From assembly GCA_031423775.1 (NCBI GenBank), contig JANPGF010000011.1, positions 31,502 through 95,501 on the forward strand: 64,000 nt of DNA, written 5' to 3'. Within the stretch, counting starts at the first letter, position 1, and each line of letters opens with the position of its first letter. This stretch comes from Candidatus Kaiserbacteria bacterium (GTDB lineage: Bacteria > Patescibacteriota > Minisyncoccia > Phycocordibacterales > UBA918). The translations under genes and the position numbers were made by a program. Positions 1 to 8,276 of the stretch are shown piece after piece. A model generated the notes under the pieces. That model did not search any database and was not told the origin of the DNA. It saw nothing but the letters and a program-made list of their open reading frames with translations.

Positions 1-454
1 GAGTACCGTATATACCCCGAACGCAAAAGACGACCTGTCTCGGATTCCCATGCGCGAGGCCTGGGATCCGGCGTACCTCGAATATATGTCCGAACTTGAA
101 GCTATGAAACCGGTGATCTATTGCGGTGACTTTAATGTGGCTCATACCGAGATTGATCTCGCCCGACCCAAAGAGAATGACGGCAAGAAGGGTTTTACTG
201 TCGAGGAACGAGCCGGATTCGACGCGATGGAAAAAGTCGGATTTGTCGATTCTCTCCGTCATCTGCATCCAACCGAAACGGGACTCTATACCTGGTGGTC
301 ACACTGGGGAGGAGCGCGTGAACGGAATGTTGGATGGCGGATTGACTACATCATGGTGTCTCCTGCCCTCCTACCACTCCTAAAAAATGCACGCATTCAC
401 CCCGATGTTTTCGGTTCAGATCATTGCCCGGTTTCAATTCAAATTTCACTGTAA
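1..454 (+). CDS. xth: Exodeoxyribonuclease III / AP endonuclease (Xth/ExoA family), C-terminal part; the 5' end lies outside the window
   Basis: Translation contains the EEP-family motifs typical of ExoIII C-termini (CGDFNVAHTEIDL, WRIDYIMVSP, SDHCPV). The ORF is open to the window edge. Confidence 0.8.
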   Translation, partial: STVYTPNAKDDLSRIPMREAWDPAYLEYMSELEAMKPVIYCGDFNVAHTEIDLARPKENDGKKGFTVEERAGFDAMEKVGFVDSLRHLHPTETGLYTWWSHWGGARERNVGWRIDYIMVSPALLPLLKNARIHPDVFGSDHCPVSIQISL

Positions 455-525
455 CAAGTAATGCCAGAACAGTCACAAAAGAACACGAAACATATGATTG
501 TCAAATATAAAATAAGCAGTACAAT

Positions 526-562
526 TCCATGGCTCAACAGAGCCATGGAATTTACTTTTTTA
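526..562 (+). terminator. Rho-independent terminator after xth
   Basis: Perfect hairpin ccatggctc-aaca-gagccatgg followed by a T-rich run. Confidence 0.5.
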
Positions 563-1150
563 AATCTAAAAGGAGCTGCGTCTTTTATAAAGGACATTTA
601 AAATGCAGTTGTACACAGTTATCCACCATGATGTCCTTTACGATATATCCTAAAGGACATACTATATTGATAGGCCCAGAGAGGGCGAGCAGGAGCCTTC
701 AGAGTTCGGATCACAAACTAGTTTGCGACCAGAACCCTGAAGGTTCCCCTTAAAGAGAACCTTCAAAATTAAGAGTATTACCTCCAAAAAACTCTAACAA
801 AGCACATAGAACAAACCCACCTAGAAGGACGGATGCAATCGAAATCTTCTTACAAGTTTGCACCAAGGTGATGAGATGAACGAGACCTTGCCGATATTTG
901 CAAGCAAAATTGATTTCGGTAATGAGCAATAAAACTTAGGTTAGTACCAATGTAGTACGCCACATAGAGGCCAAGCCTCTCCAAAAGTAACGCTCAGATT
1001 GAAGGTAGAACGAACGGGTGATAGGAAGCATAAAGGCCTGAGGACATTAGTAGCAAATCATCTAACGATTAGCTTCTGATACCCCCAGGCCTTTTTCTAT
1101 GTCTTTTTTATATATTTGGTGCATACTGTTGTTAGTATGTGGAGGGTGGC

Positions 1151-1384
1151 ATGGTGAAACCAGAAGAAACGTGTCCGGTATGTCTGGGGACAGGGGACGA
1201 CCCCGGTGGTTGTGGCTGTCGTTGTGTAACAGCTGAAGAGATTTCCGTCTGTACACTACCTGGTTGTGTATTCTGTGACTGTGTCGGCTGTGGTGGTTCT
1301 TGTTGTTATTGCGGTGGATCAGGCAAAGAGTCTGATTGGAAGCCCGGTGGTCCTTATGAGCGTCAACGAAAAGGCCGAGTGTGA
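1151..1384 (+). CDS. Small cysteine-rich protein (about 77 aa) with two DnaJ-type CxxCxGxG zinc-finger-like motifs
   Basis: ATG at 1151 is preceded by GGAGGG at -5. The protein has 17 Cys in 77 residues and contains CPVCLGTG and CYCGGSG, both fitting CxxCxGxG. A terminator hairpin follows at 1370-1400. Confidence 0.5.
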   Translation: MVKPEETCPVCLGTGDDPGGCGCRCVTAEEISVCTLPGCVFCDCVGCGGSCCYCGGSGKESDWKPGGPYERQRKGRV

Positions 1385-1400
1385 AACTTGGCCTTTTTCT
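1370..1400 (+). terminator. Rho-independent terminator
   Basis: Hairpin aaggccgagtgtgaaacttggcctt followed by ttttt. Confidence 0.5.
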
Positions 1401-1477
1401 GAACATATTTTGCATTAAAACTGGCCATTTTATGGTTATTTTGCTTTACTATGTATGAAGCAAAACAGGAGGCTCTT

Positions 1478-1954
1478 ATGACGCTGGAATACATTGTGGT
1501 ATTACCAATCAGTTCTTTGGAAATAGGAAATTATCTTGAAAACACCGGTCTGCATTGTACTCTGATGCACTGGTTCGCTTTGTCACCGAGTCTCAGTGAG
1601 ATAGACGTGATGGGCGCTATTGCGCAGCTGAGGCCCAGTGATGGTTCAGATGGAATTGATTTATATGCTGAACAGCATGGACTATTTGGTCCGAATGGTG
1701 ATGTGCCGGTGAGTATTTTGGCAGAAAATGCTGTTTTACACAGAATGCATAATGATTTGCGTCGGTTCCTTGGCGGTCATCAATGTAAACTGGCCAGAAA
1801 CGACTGGATCGGTGCAAATTACCGCCCTCACGTCACGACGATTCCGGGTAAAGAGTTTGCAGTCGGCGCCTTTCACCGAGCAACCCAGTTGGCTTTAATT
1901 AGACGAAATATTGGTAACAAGTATAAAGAAGTCATCCATCTCAGACGATTCTGA
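1478..1954 (+). CDS. 2H phosphoesterase superfamily protein (LigT / 2'-5' RNA ligase-like)
   Basis: Two H-x-T-x motifs (HCTL and HVTT) at the spacing typical of the 2H family. Strong RBS: AGGAGG 6 nt upstream of the ATG at 1478. Confidence 0.55.
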   Translation: MTLEYIVVLPISSLEIGNYLENTGLHCTLMHWFALSPSLSEIDVMGAIAQLRPSDGSDGIDLYAEQHGLFGPNGDVPVSILAENAVLHRMHNDLRRFLGGHQCKLARNDWIGANYRPHVTTIPGKEFAVGAFHRATQLALIRRNIGNKYKEVIHLRRF

Positions 1955-1998
1955 TTCAGAGAGAGGTACGCCAGCCACCTTTAAGTGCTGGTATTTTT

Positions 1999-3471
1999 TT
2001 AACCCACGTTATGTTCACGCGCAATTTCTTTGAGGGCGGCGGCTTCTTCGGCAGCTTGTTTTGCCTTGCCAGCTTCAGCTAAAATGGTGAGTGCAGCTTC
2101 TGTAAGTGTATTGAGTTCTAAAACCCTTGATTCCAGGTACTCGTTTGAGTTTTTCCCCGGGTCTATCAACACCTCTTCCATGAGTGCATTCAGTATATAT
2201 CCCAGCTTTTTCCCCGGCTTTTCCCCAGTTAACACCATAATACGGGAGCCATCAACTTTGAGCATTTTGACTGAAATTGGATCACGGAGGGCTTCATCCA
2301 CCATGGCTTTGTATTTGCGGAAGCGGAATGGCTGTTCTTTTGGTCTCCCGGTACCAATGCGGTCGCAAACCCGGAGATTCAAGAGGTTTTCAATATTGTT
2401 TTCACCAATACGGACAATAGTGCGGCGGACAGCAGCCAAGGTAATTTCATCCGGATCACTGAAGAACATATGCCAGCGCACCAATTGGACTACTTCATCA
2501 ATTGTTTCTCGCGGCATTTTTAAACGTTCGAGGATTTTCTTGGCCATTTTAGCGCCAACTACTTCGTGACCAAAGAAGGTGTAGTGTTTATTTTTACCAC
2601 CGGTCCTGCGAGTTGAAGGCTTCCCGATGTCGTGTAACAGGGCGGCGAGGCGCATATTGGTTGAAAAACCTTTGTCTGCTGCAGCCTGCAGGGTGCGAAG
2701 GAGATGTTCATAGACATCAAAGGCATGAATCCCACCCTGTTCACAACCCATTGCCTCACGGAGTTCTGGCAGGATGTAGTCTTGAAGGCCCATTTTTTCG
2801 AGTAGAACAATTCCCTGCATTGGTACGTCAGAATTAATGAGTTTCACAAATTCGCTACTCACCCGTTCAATCGCAATTTTCTGTAATAATGGCGCTGTCG
2901 CAGTAATCCCCGCCATAGTTTCAACCTCGATCATAAAATTGAGTTCAGCCGCGAGACGAATCGCTCGCATCAATCGAAGTGCGTCTTCACCAAACCGGTC
3001 GTGTGGGTTCCCGACGGTTTTGATCCGCTTCTTCCGAATATCATCAATCCCCTCATATAAATCTACCGTTTCATCGGTTTTGATCCGGTATGCAATTGCG
3101 TTAATGGTGAAATCACGTCGAGCAAGGTCTTCAGATAGTGAAACTCCAAAGGTGACATGATCTGGACGTCGTGCGTCACTATAGGTTCCTTCGCTTCGGT
3201 ACGGTGTTACTTCCACTACTTTTAAACGAGCATCTTCTGTTTCTTCGTTCTTTACCCCAACGGTGCCGTAGTCGTTGTTGCAGAAACTCTCGGGAAACAG
3301 TGCTTGAATCTTGTCCGGATGAGCGTTGGTAGTAATATCCCAATCCTTTGGCTCTTTGCCTACAACTAAATCCCGCACACACCCCCCAACCAAATACGCC
3401 TCAAACCCCGCGGTTTCAAGGATCTCTGAAATTCGTCGAACCTCAAGCGGGATTTTATGGGCGTCTATCAT
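1999..3471 (-). CDS. cca: CCA-adding tRNA nucleotidyltransferase / poly(A) polymerase family with an HD domain
   Basis: N-terminal GGCVRDLVVGKEPKDWDITT polymerase-beta motif and an HD-domain region (LLHDIGK). The start is most likely MIDAHK at 3471; an alternative upstream ATG near 3522 has a GGAG RBS. Confidence 0.85.
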   Translation of the reverse strand: MIDAHKIPLEVRRISEILETAGFEAYLVGGCVRDLVVGKEPKDWDITTNAHPDKIQALFPESFCNNDYGTVGVKNEETEDARLKVVEVTPYRSEGTYSDARRPDHVTFGVSLSEDLARRDFTINAIAYRIKTDETVDLYEGIDDIRKKRIKTVGNPHDRFGEDALRLMRAIRLAAELNFMIEVETMAGITATAPLLQKIAIERVSSEFVKLINSDVPMQGIVLLEKMGLQDYILPELREAMGCEQGGIHAFDVYEHLLRTLQAAADKGFSTNMRLAALLHDIGKPSTRRTGGKNKHYTFFGHEVVGAKMAKKILERLKMPRETIDEVVQLVRWHMFFSDPDEITLAAVRRTIVRIGENNIENLLNLRVCDRIGTGRPKEQPFRFRKYKAMVDEALRDPISVKMLKVDGSRIMVLTGEKPGKKLGYILNALMEEVLIDPGKNSNEYLESRVLELNTLTEAALTILAEAGKAKQAAEEAAALKEIAREHNVG

Positions 3472-3551
3472 ATATGAATTGTATGGGTAAAGTAGATGTT
3501 TGTACACAACTTCCATGTACATTCGAACTCCAATGCTATGATATATACATG

Positions 3552-4226
3552 AAAGCATTAGTTCAATACAAAGAACAAGCCATTGCGTTTCGTAAAAAAG
3601 GCTATAGCTACAAAGAGATTTTGGCAGAATTGCCAGTAGCAAAGAGTTCATTGTCTCTTTGGTTAAGGGATACCCCGCTTACTTTGACCGAAAAGGCAGT
3701 CTTAAGAAACCGAACCGACAGTAATATTTCACATGGTCGTATCAAAGCTGCTGCAGCAGCACGAAATAATCGCCTAGAACGTGAACGGGTACGCCTCCCT
3801 GAAATTATAAGATTGTTTGAAAAATATAAAAACGAATCACTATTTCAACTGGGTATTGGTTTGTATTGGGCTGAAGGAGCTAAAAGTAGTGGTAGTGTAC
3901 TATTTGTGAATTCGGATGCCTCGATGGTGAATATTGTTTTGAAGTGGATCGAAGCGTTTACAGAGTATTCCCGTGAAAATTTGCGATATCGTTTATATGT
4001 TCATAAACCTTACGCTCATGAGGAGTGTGATAAGTGGTGGGCTAAAGAGTTACAAGTCCCCCTCACGCAATTTACGGCAATTTCTTATAAACCGACAAGT
4101 AAAGGGGTTAAAATTCGCAAAAATTACAAAGGGTGTATGCGCGTTGAAGTGCCTAAAAGTACTATATTACTTCATTCTCTTAAGATTTGGACCAGTATGC
4201 TAGTTGAATATCATAACAAAAAGTAG
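3552..4226 (+). CDS. HTH domain plus LAGLIDADG-like homing-endonuclease-like protein (paralog of 12321-13004)
   Basis: N-terminal HTH-like segment (QAIAFRKKGYSYKEILAELPVAKSSLSLWL) and a single LAGLIDADG-like motif (LGIGLYWAEGAKSSGSVLFVNSD). It shares its whole architecture with the ORF at 12321-13004 and stops 50 nt before tRNA-Arg. The start is uncertain (ORF open from 3348; M at 3552 chosen). Confidence 0.5.
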   Translation, partial: KALVQYKEQAIAFRKKGYSYKEILAELPVAKSSLSLWLRDTPLTLTEKAVLRNRTDSNISHGRIKAAAAARNNRLERERVRLPEIIRLFEKYKNESLFQLGIGLYWAEGAKSSGSVLFVNSDASMVNIVLKWIEAFTEYSRENLRYRLYVHKPYAHEECDKWWAKELQVPLTQFTAISYKPTSKGVKIRKNYKGCMRVEVPKSTILLHSLKIWTSMLVEYHNKK

Positions 4227-4275
4227 TACACTGCAAGTCATTCAAATTAGTTATTTGTTTGAAACTAAAGAATTT

Positions 4276-4350
4276 GCACCTGTAGTGAAACGGATATCAT
4301 ACCGGTCTTCGGAACCGTTGTTCCAGGTTCGAGTCCTGGCAGGTGCACCA
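4276..4350 (+). tRNA. tRNA-Arg (anticodon TCG), CCA encoded
   Basis: Manual fold: 7-bp acceptor stem GCACCTG/CAGGTGC, D-stem GTGA/TCAT, anticodon loop CTTCGGA, T-arm CCAGG-TTCGAGT-CCTGG, 3' ACCA. Confidence 0.7.
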
Positions 4351-4557
4351 GAGTAAACAACAAAAATACCATTCGAAAGAATGGTATTTTTGTTGTTTAG
4401 TATCTGCCCTGCGGCAGATACGGGCTCTGGTGCAAACCGCAGGCATGTTTTGGCTATTCCTAATGCCAAAACAGCCGAGGTGGGGTCGACAGCACTTACT
4501 ACAATTGGAACGTAGTGACCAATTTTAGTTAGTGACTGGGTGACCACCTGTGCAATG

Positions 4558-4878
4558 TTACGAATAAATCCCCCAATCGCGAACAATATGCCAGTGTGGC
4601 ACCCAGTGCACAATGTTCGCCGGATCAAATTTCTTTTCAATTGTTTTTATCGAAATAATTTGTTCAGGTTTGAGTGGTACCGGGTGCTGCGGCTCACTGC
4701 TTGTGGAATAGAAGTGGTATCTTGGTTCCCCTGTACTGCTGCGACGCCAAGGTCCGTAATCAAGCGGGATGAGTGTTTGAGTCACTAATCCTTTTGTGAC
4801 AGCATTGTAAGTCACTTCAAGTACTTCGCAATTTTGAATTGCACTAGTAAAAACATCCTTTAAAATCAGGTCTTTCAT
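4558..4878 (-). CDS. Hypothetical protein (106 aa)
   Basis: Uninterrupted ORF with normal composition. No family recognised. Confidence 0.4.
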   Translation of the reverse strand: MKDLILKDVFTSAIQNCEVLEVTYNAVTKGLVTQTLIPLDYGPWRRSSTGEPRYHFYSTSSEPQHPVPLKPEQIISIKTIEKKFDPANIVHWVPHWHIVRDWGIYS

Positions 4879-5118
4879 TTGGTTATATGATTAGTGTGAA
4901 CACTTGTCAGCTTGACCAGTAATAATACAGGTCTATACTGAAAGTATTCACAATAGTGATTAATTTACAAAACGCGTTACTTTTTGCGAGGTGCGCATTT
5001 TGTTTATATATTATACCACGCGGTCATGCGTCACTTTTTTGCACTTTATTTTGTGGATTCTGTTCATAACTCTCATTTAATTAAGTGAAGTACTCCGACC
5101 GTTATATACTAATCAAAC

Positions 5119-5619
5119 ATGCCCACCCTACTTTCCTACCCAACCGACCAATTTGTCTATAAATACCTCGCGGGTCCCGTTGAAACAGCCGCAGAAATTG
5201 AAGCTGGGGTGGTTGAGGGTAACTGTCGCTATGCACTCCAGCTCTATTTTTACCGGTTACATGGAAAATTCTTTGAGCGGGATGAGATATATTTACCGGG
5301 CGGGTATAAAGTCATTGGCGAGTTTATCTTTAAAGAAGAACCAATAGATTTTACGGTGCTACAGTCAGGTGATGTCATATATGCGCAAAACCTGCGAAAT
5401 AAAGAAGGCTATGACGTTGATAAGAGTTTGGAACGTTATAAAGACAAAGACGAGTGGTTGTATTATCTCCATTCTGCCGTCTATGTGGGCGCGATTGAGG
5501 CCGGTAGTAATACTGACTATATCTGGCATGCAACCCATATTGGTGGCGGACCAGTGTTATGGACTCTAGAGCATTTTTTGTACTACTATAAACCGATATC
5601 TGCAAAACGTGTGCTGTAG
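5119..5619 (+). CDS. Hypothetical protein, possibly a papain-like (NlpC/P60-type Cys...His) hydrolase
   Basis: Cys (GNCRYALQLYF) followed by His-containing motifs (HSAVYVG, YIWHATHIGG) in NlpC/P60-like order. The assignment is tentative. Confidence 0.4.
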   Translation: MPTLLSYPTDQFVYKYLAGPVETAAEIEAGVVEGNCRYALQLYFYRLHGKFFERDEIYLPGGYKVIGEFIFKEEPIDFTVLQSGDVIYAQNLRNKEGYDVDKSLERYKDKDEWLYYLHSAVYVGAIEAGSNTDYIWHATHIGGGPVLWTLEHFLYYYKPISAKRVL

Positions 5620-5650
5620 TACAGATCTCTGTTTGCTATACTATTCTCAT

Positions 5651-5842
5651 ATGCAAATCATACATCGAATCTTGCGAGCCCTCGCTACTGTTGCTGTCAT
5701 CGTGCTCGGTATCCTTGGTATTTTAGCGATTTTAAATGTTATCACGCTTGATCAGGTAACGCAGTCAGCGCTGAAAGTGGGGATGGTGCTTGGAATTGTT
5801 GGTGTGATGGCAGTCGCTATCGCACTTTTGCAACGACAGTAG
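5651..5842 (+). CDS. Small two-helix membrane protein (UPF0391/DUF1328-like)
   Basis: 63 aa, two hydrophobic helices. The terminator at 5857-5888 follows directly. Confidence 0.45.
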   Translation: MQIIHRILRALATVAVIVLGILGILAILNVITLDQVTQSALKVGMVLGIVGVMAVAIALLQRQ

Positions 5843-5856
5843 GAACTGTAAAATTA

Positions 5857-5888
5857 AAAGCCACCCGAATCATCAGGTGGTTTTTTGT
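5857..5888 (+). terminator. Rho-independent terminator
   Basis: Hairpin ccacccgaatcatcaggtgg followed by ttttttg. Confidence 0.5.
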
Positions 5889-5935
5889 TGTTATGGCTAG
5901 TAAATAAAGCGTTTTTCAGTCATACTAAAGTCATT

Positions 5936-6575
5936 ATGAAACGTACCGTTATGTTGTTGGCCGGGAATGCTCTGGCCGCTTTTATGGACTTTGGGATTGG
6001 TACCGCGATAGCAGCTGGTGTTGCAACTTGGTATGGAACAAGCTTGCCTTGGTATTTAGTTTTTTTAGGTGGCGTACTTTCGCTTGTGCCGGACTTTGAT
6101 TTAGTGCCGTCCGTGATTCGTGGCATATCACCATCATTTGACCATAGACAAACCCCATTTCATCGACCACTGTTAATGCTGCCGTTGACCATTACTACCG
6201 CCTATCTCTCTCTTTGGTGGCGGCATGTGGGCACTGATTACCGGGTTATGTGTTTTTGGCCATTACATACATGACACTAATTTTGTTGGTACCAACTATG
6301 GTATTGCCTGGTTCTGGCCTTTTTCGCATCAATATTGGTCAGTGTCTGGTTCATTTACTCCCGAAGTACATGTTGGATCGCACCATGAATGGTTACTTCA
6401 AAACTGGCTTAAGCCCTCGGTTCTCTCGCTGCGAGAAATTAGCATTGGATTGCTGGGACTCGGTGTTGCACTCTGGTGTATGGCCGTCCCCGCGCAAATA
6501 ATTGCCCTAGTGGTACTGCTTGCAGTTGTGGCGGTAAATAGTTTTTGGTTTACTGTTCGTTTTCTTTCTGCTTAA
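5936..6575 (+). pseudogene. Membrane-bound metal-dependent hydrolase (DUF457/YdjM-like) split over two overlapping +1-shifted ORFs (5936-6274 and 6225-6575)
   Basis: Both halves are multi-TM and carry His/Asp motifs (FDHRQTPFHRP; GHYIHDTNF), and they overlap by 50 nt in different frames. This is consistent with a frameshift, a sequencing error, or two genuinely separate genes. Confidence 0.35.
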
Positions 6576-7329
6576 TGGGAAGGCCAATTTCCCAAACTGT
6601 GTCAAAGAAAGCCTTCATCATTTCGGTATGTTCGGTTGATTGCATAAGGACCGCATAACAGTCTTTTTTTGGAGATACATAGAGCGTTTTGTCGTCGTAG
6701 ATGAAAAACGTTGTGGCAAAACGGTTATGCATGGGAATCGGTAACTGTTTAATGTCTGAAGTGCTGTAGTATTCATCCATAATGCTCCGTTTCGGAATAT
6801 CTTCCCACAGGGCGATGGTGGTAATGGAGCGTTTTTGTTTCTCCTGAACGTAATTTTCAACAAATCCCCTCCCCATTTCGTGGAAAAAGTTCTCCGCCGG
6901 CACAATACTGCGGATGGTTTTGTCTTTGCTGTATAAACTATAGGAAATCGCACCCGTGATAGTTTCAATGGTATCAAAGTAGGTTACTAGGGTTTTTCCT
7001 TCAGATTTCTGAGTCGGATAAAAGCGTTCTAATTGTTTTGTTTGTAGGAGGAGACGTTCCTGCTGTCTAATCGTGTTCTCGACGAGGGCCGTGAGGTGTG
7101 AGAGTGATGCAACCTGGAATTTATTGCCATATTCTCTACCTGTTTTATGAACCAGTCCCCTTTTTTCCAGGGAGTTGAGCGAGTAGTAGATAGTTGGCCG
7201 CTTTTCAGCTGTTGTTTTTATTATCTCTTGGACGCTGCGTGCTCCGCCCAAGAGCGCTTGGTAAACAACCACTTCTGCCGGGGCGAGGCCGATCTGTTCG
7301 AGGAGTGTCTCTATATCGCGGGTATCCAT
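6550..7329 (-). CDS. TrmB-family transcriptional regulator
   Basis: N-terminal wHTH (LLEQIGLAPAEVVVYQALLGGARSVQEIIKTT...SLNSLEKRGLV) and a TrmB-like C-terminal domain. The start is taken at MDTRDIE. Confidence 0.6.
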   Translation of the reverse strand: MDTRDIETLLEQIGLAPAEVVVYQALLGGARSVQEIIKTTAEKRPTIYYSLNSLEKRGLVHKTGREYGNKFQVASLSHLTALVENTIRQQERLLLQTKQLERFYPTQKSEGKTLVTYFDTIETITGAISYSLYSKDKTIRSIVPAENFFHEMGRGFVENYVQEKQKRSITTIALWEDIPKRSIMDEYYSTSDIKQLPIPMHNRFATTFFIYDDKTLYVSPKKDCYAVLMQSTEHTEMMKAFFDTVWEIGLPIKQKENEQ

Positions 7330-7427
7330 ATCACTAGTTGTATAGTCATTATTATACAAGATTGAACACTGCCTGTGCAACCGGTATGCTTCCCTCAGAA
7401 CGTTCTTTATTGTGAAAAGGAAAAGAG

Positions 7428-7811
7428 ATGACTTGCTCAGTAGTCGTGCTCGTTATTGCACATCTGATTGGCGACTTTATGTTCCAGACTACCAACATGG
7501 CTGATCGGAAATATCTCGCTGGTTGGTTGGGGACTCTATGGTGTACGCTCCATGTGACTATCTATACTGCCGGGTTGGCGTTTGCGCTCCAGAGTATGTC
7601 CCCGTACCTTCTGCTTGGTATCTTTGTCCCGCACTGGTTGATTGACCGCTATTCACTCTCTTACCACTGGATGCAGTTGATTGGTCGAGCCGCCCTGTTG
7701 TCTCACAAGCATCCTACTAAAGCAGCATTTGGCGCCATTATCTATGTAGTGACTGATCAGACATTGCATCTAGTATCGCTCACTGTCCTCTTTACCTTCC
7801 TCAAACTCTGA
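7428..7811 (+). CDS. DUF3307-family membrane protein
   Basis: The AHLIGDFMFQT motif is typical of DUF3307. The protein has 3-4 TM helices. Confidence 0.5.
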   Translation: MTCSVVVLVIAHLIGDFMFQTTNMADRKYLAGWLGTLWCTLHVTIYTAGLAFALQSMSPYLLLGIFVPHWLIDRYSLSYHWMQLIGRAALLSHKHPTKAAFGAIIYVVTDQTLHLVSLTVLFTFLKL

Positions 7812-7823
7812 AAGGAAAATATC

Positions 7824-8231
7824 ATGGGAATAAGCATGTTTGGTTCACGTTGTTCGTGTGATCCTCCGAAACGTAACGAACGGATTGTCTATGTGGAGGT
7901 TCCGGTATCTATGCCGGCTCCGTCATGTGCCCCCAGACTTCCTCTCGGAAATCCTGATCCGGCACGGTTTACCTTGGGGCAACTGCAGGCAATTGGTCGG
8001 TTTACGATTGTGCGGGTTCAGTACCCCGATTGTCACAATTTTGAAGGTGAGAAGATTTTGGTCTTTGAGGGGGTGTCAGTCAAAGAAGTGAAAGAATTAC
8101 GTACCCTTGATCCCCATTTCTGTAATGGTGCCCATCCGTCACCAGTCGCGCGGTTTGTTCCAACAAAAAATGGTGGAAGTATACCGTTGCTTTTTGCTCG
8201 GCAGCGTCTAAGGTTACTTAGAAGTATATAA
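7824..8231 (+). CDS. Hypothetical protein (135 aa)
   Basis: ORF with an RBS-like AAAGGAAAATATC before the ATG. Its C-terminal ...SPVARFVPTKNGG resembles a fragment near tRNA-Gly(TCC) at 21590-21640. Confidence 0.4.
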   Translation: MGISMFGSRCSCDPPKRNERIVYVEVPVSMPAPSCAPRLPLGNPDPARFTLGQLQAIGRFTIVRVQYPDCHNFEGEKILVFEGVSVKEVKELRTLDPHFCNGAHPSPVARFVPTKNGGSIPLLFARQRLRLLRSI

Positions 8232-8266
8232 AAAGCCCGGCAATTTCTTGCCGGGCTTGGTTTGTT
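8231..8266. terminator. Bidirectional terminator
   Basis: Hairpin aagcccggcaatttcttgccgggctt flanked by A and T runs. Confidence 0.5.
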
Positions 8267-8276
8267 TACGAGGTTG

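Noticed and set aside
529-753. 74-aa ORF starting inside the xth terminator hairpin
   Set aside because: The start codon is within the terminator stem, there is no RBS and the composition is odd.
2030-3160. Several plus-strand ORFs (2030-2569, 2613-2837, 2837-3160) inside the cca gene
   Set aside because: Antisense to a well-supported conserved gene, with low-complexity Ser/Arg-rich translations typical of antisense frames.
4251-4640. 129-aa minus-strand ORF
   Set aside because: It overlaps tRNA-Arg on the opposite strand and has no RBS. It is likely spurious.
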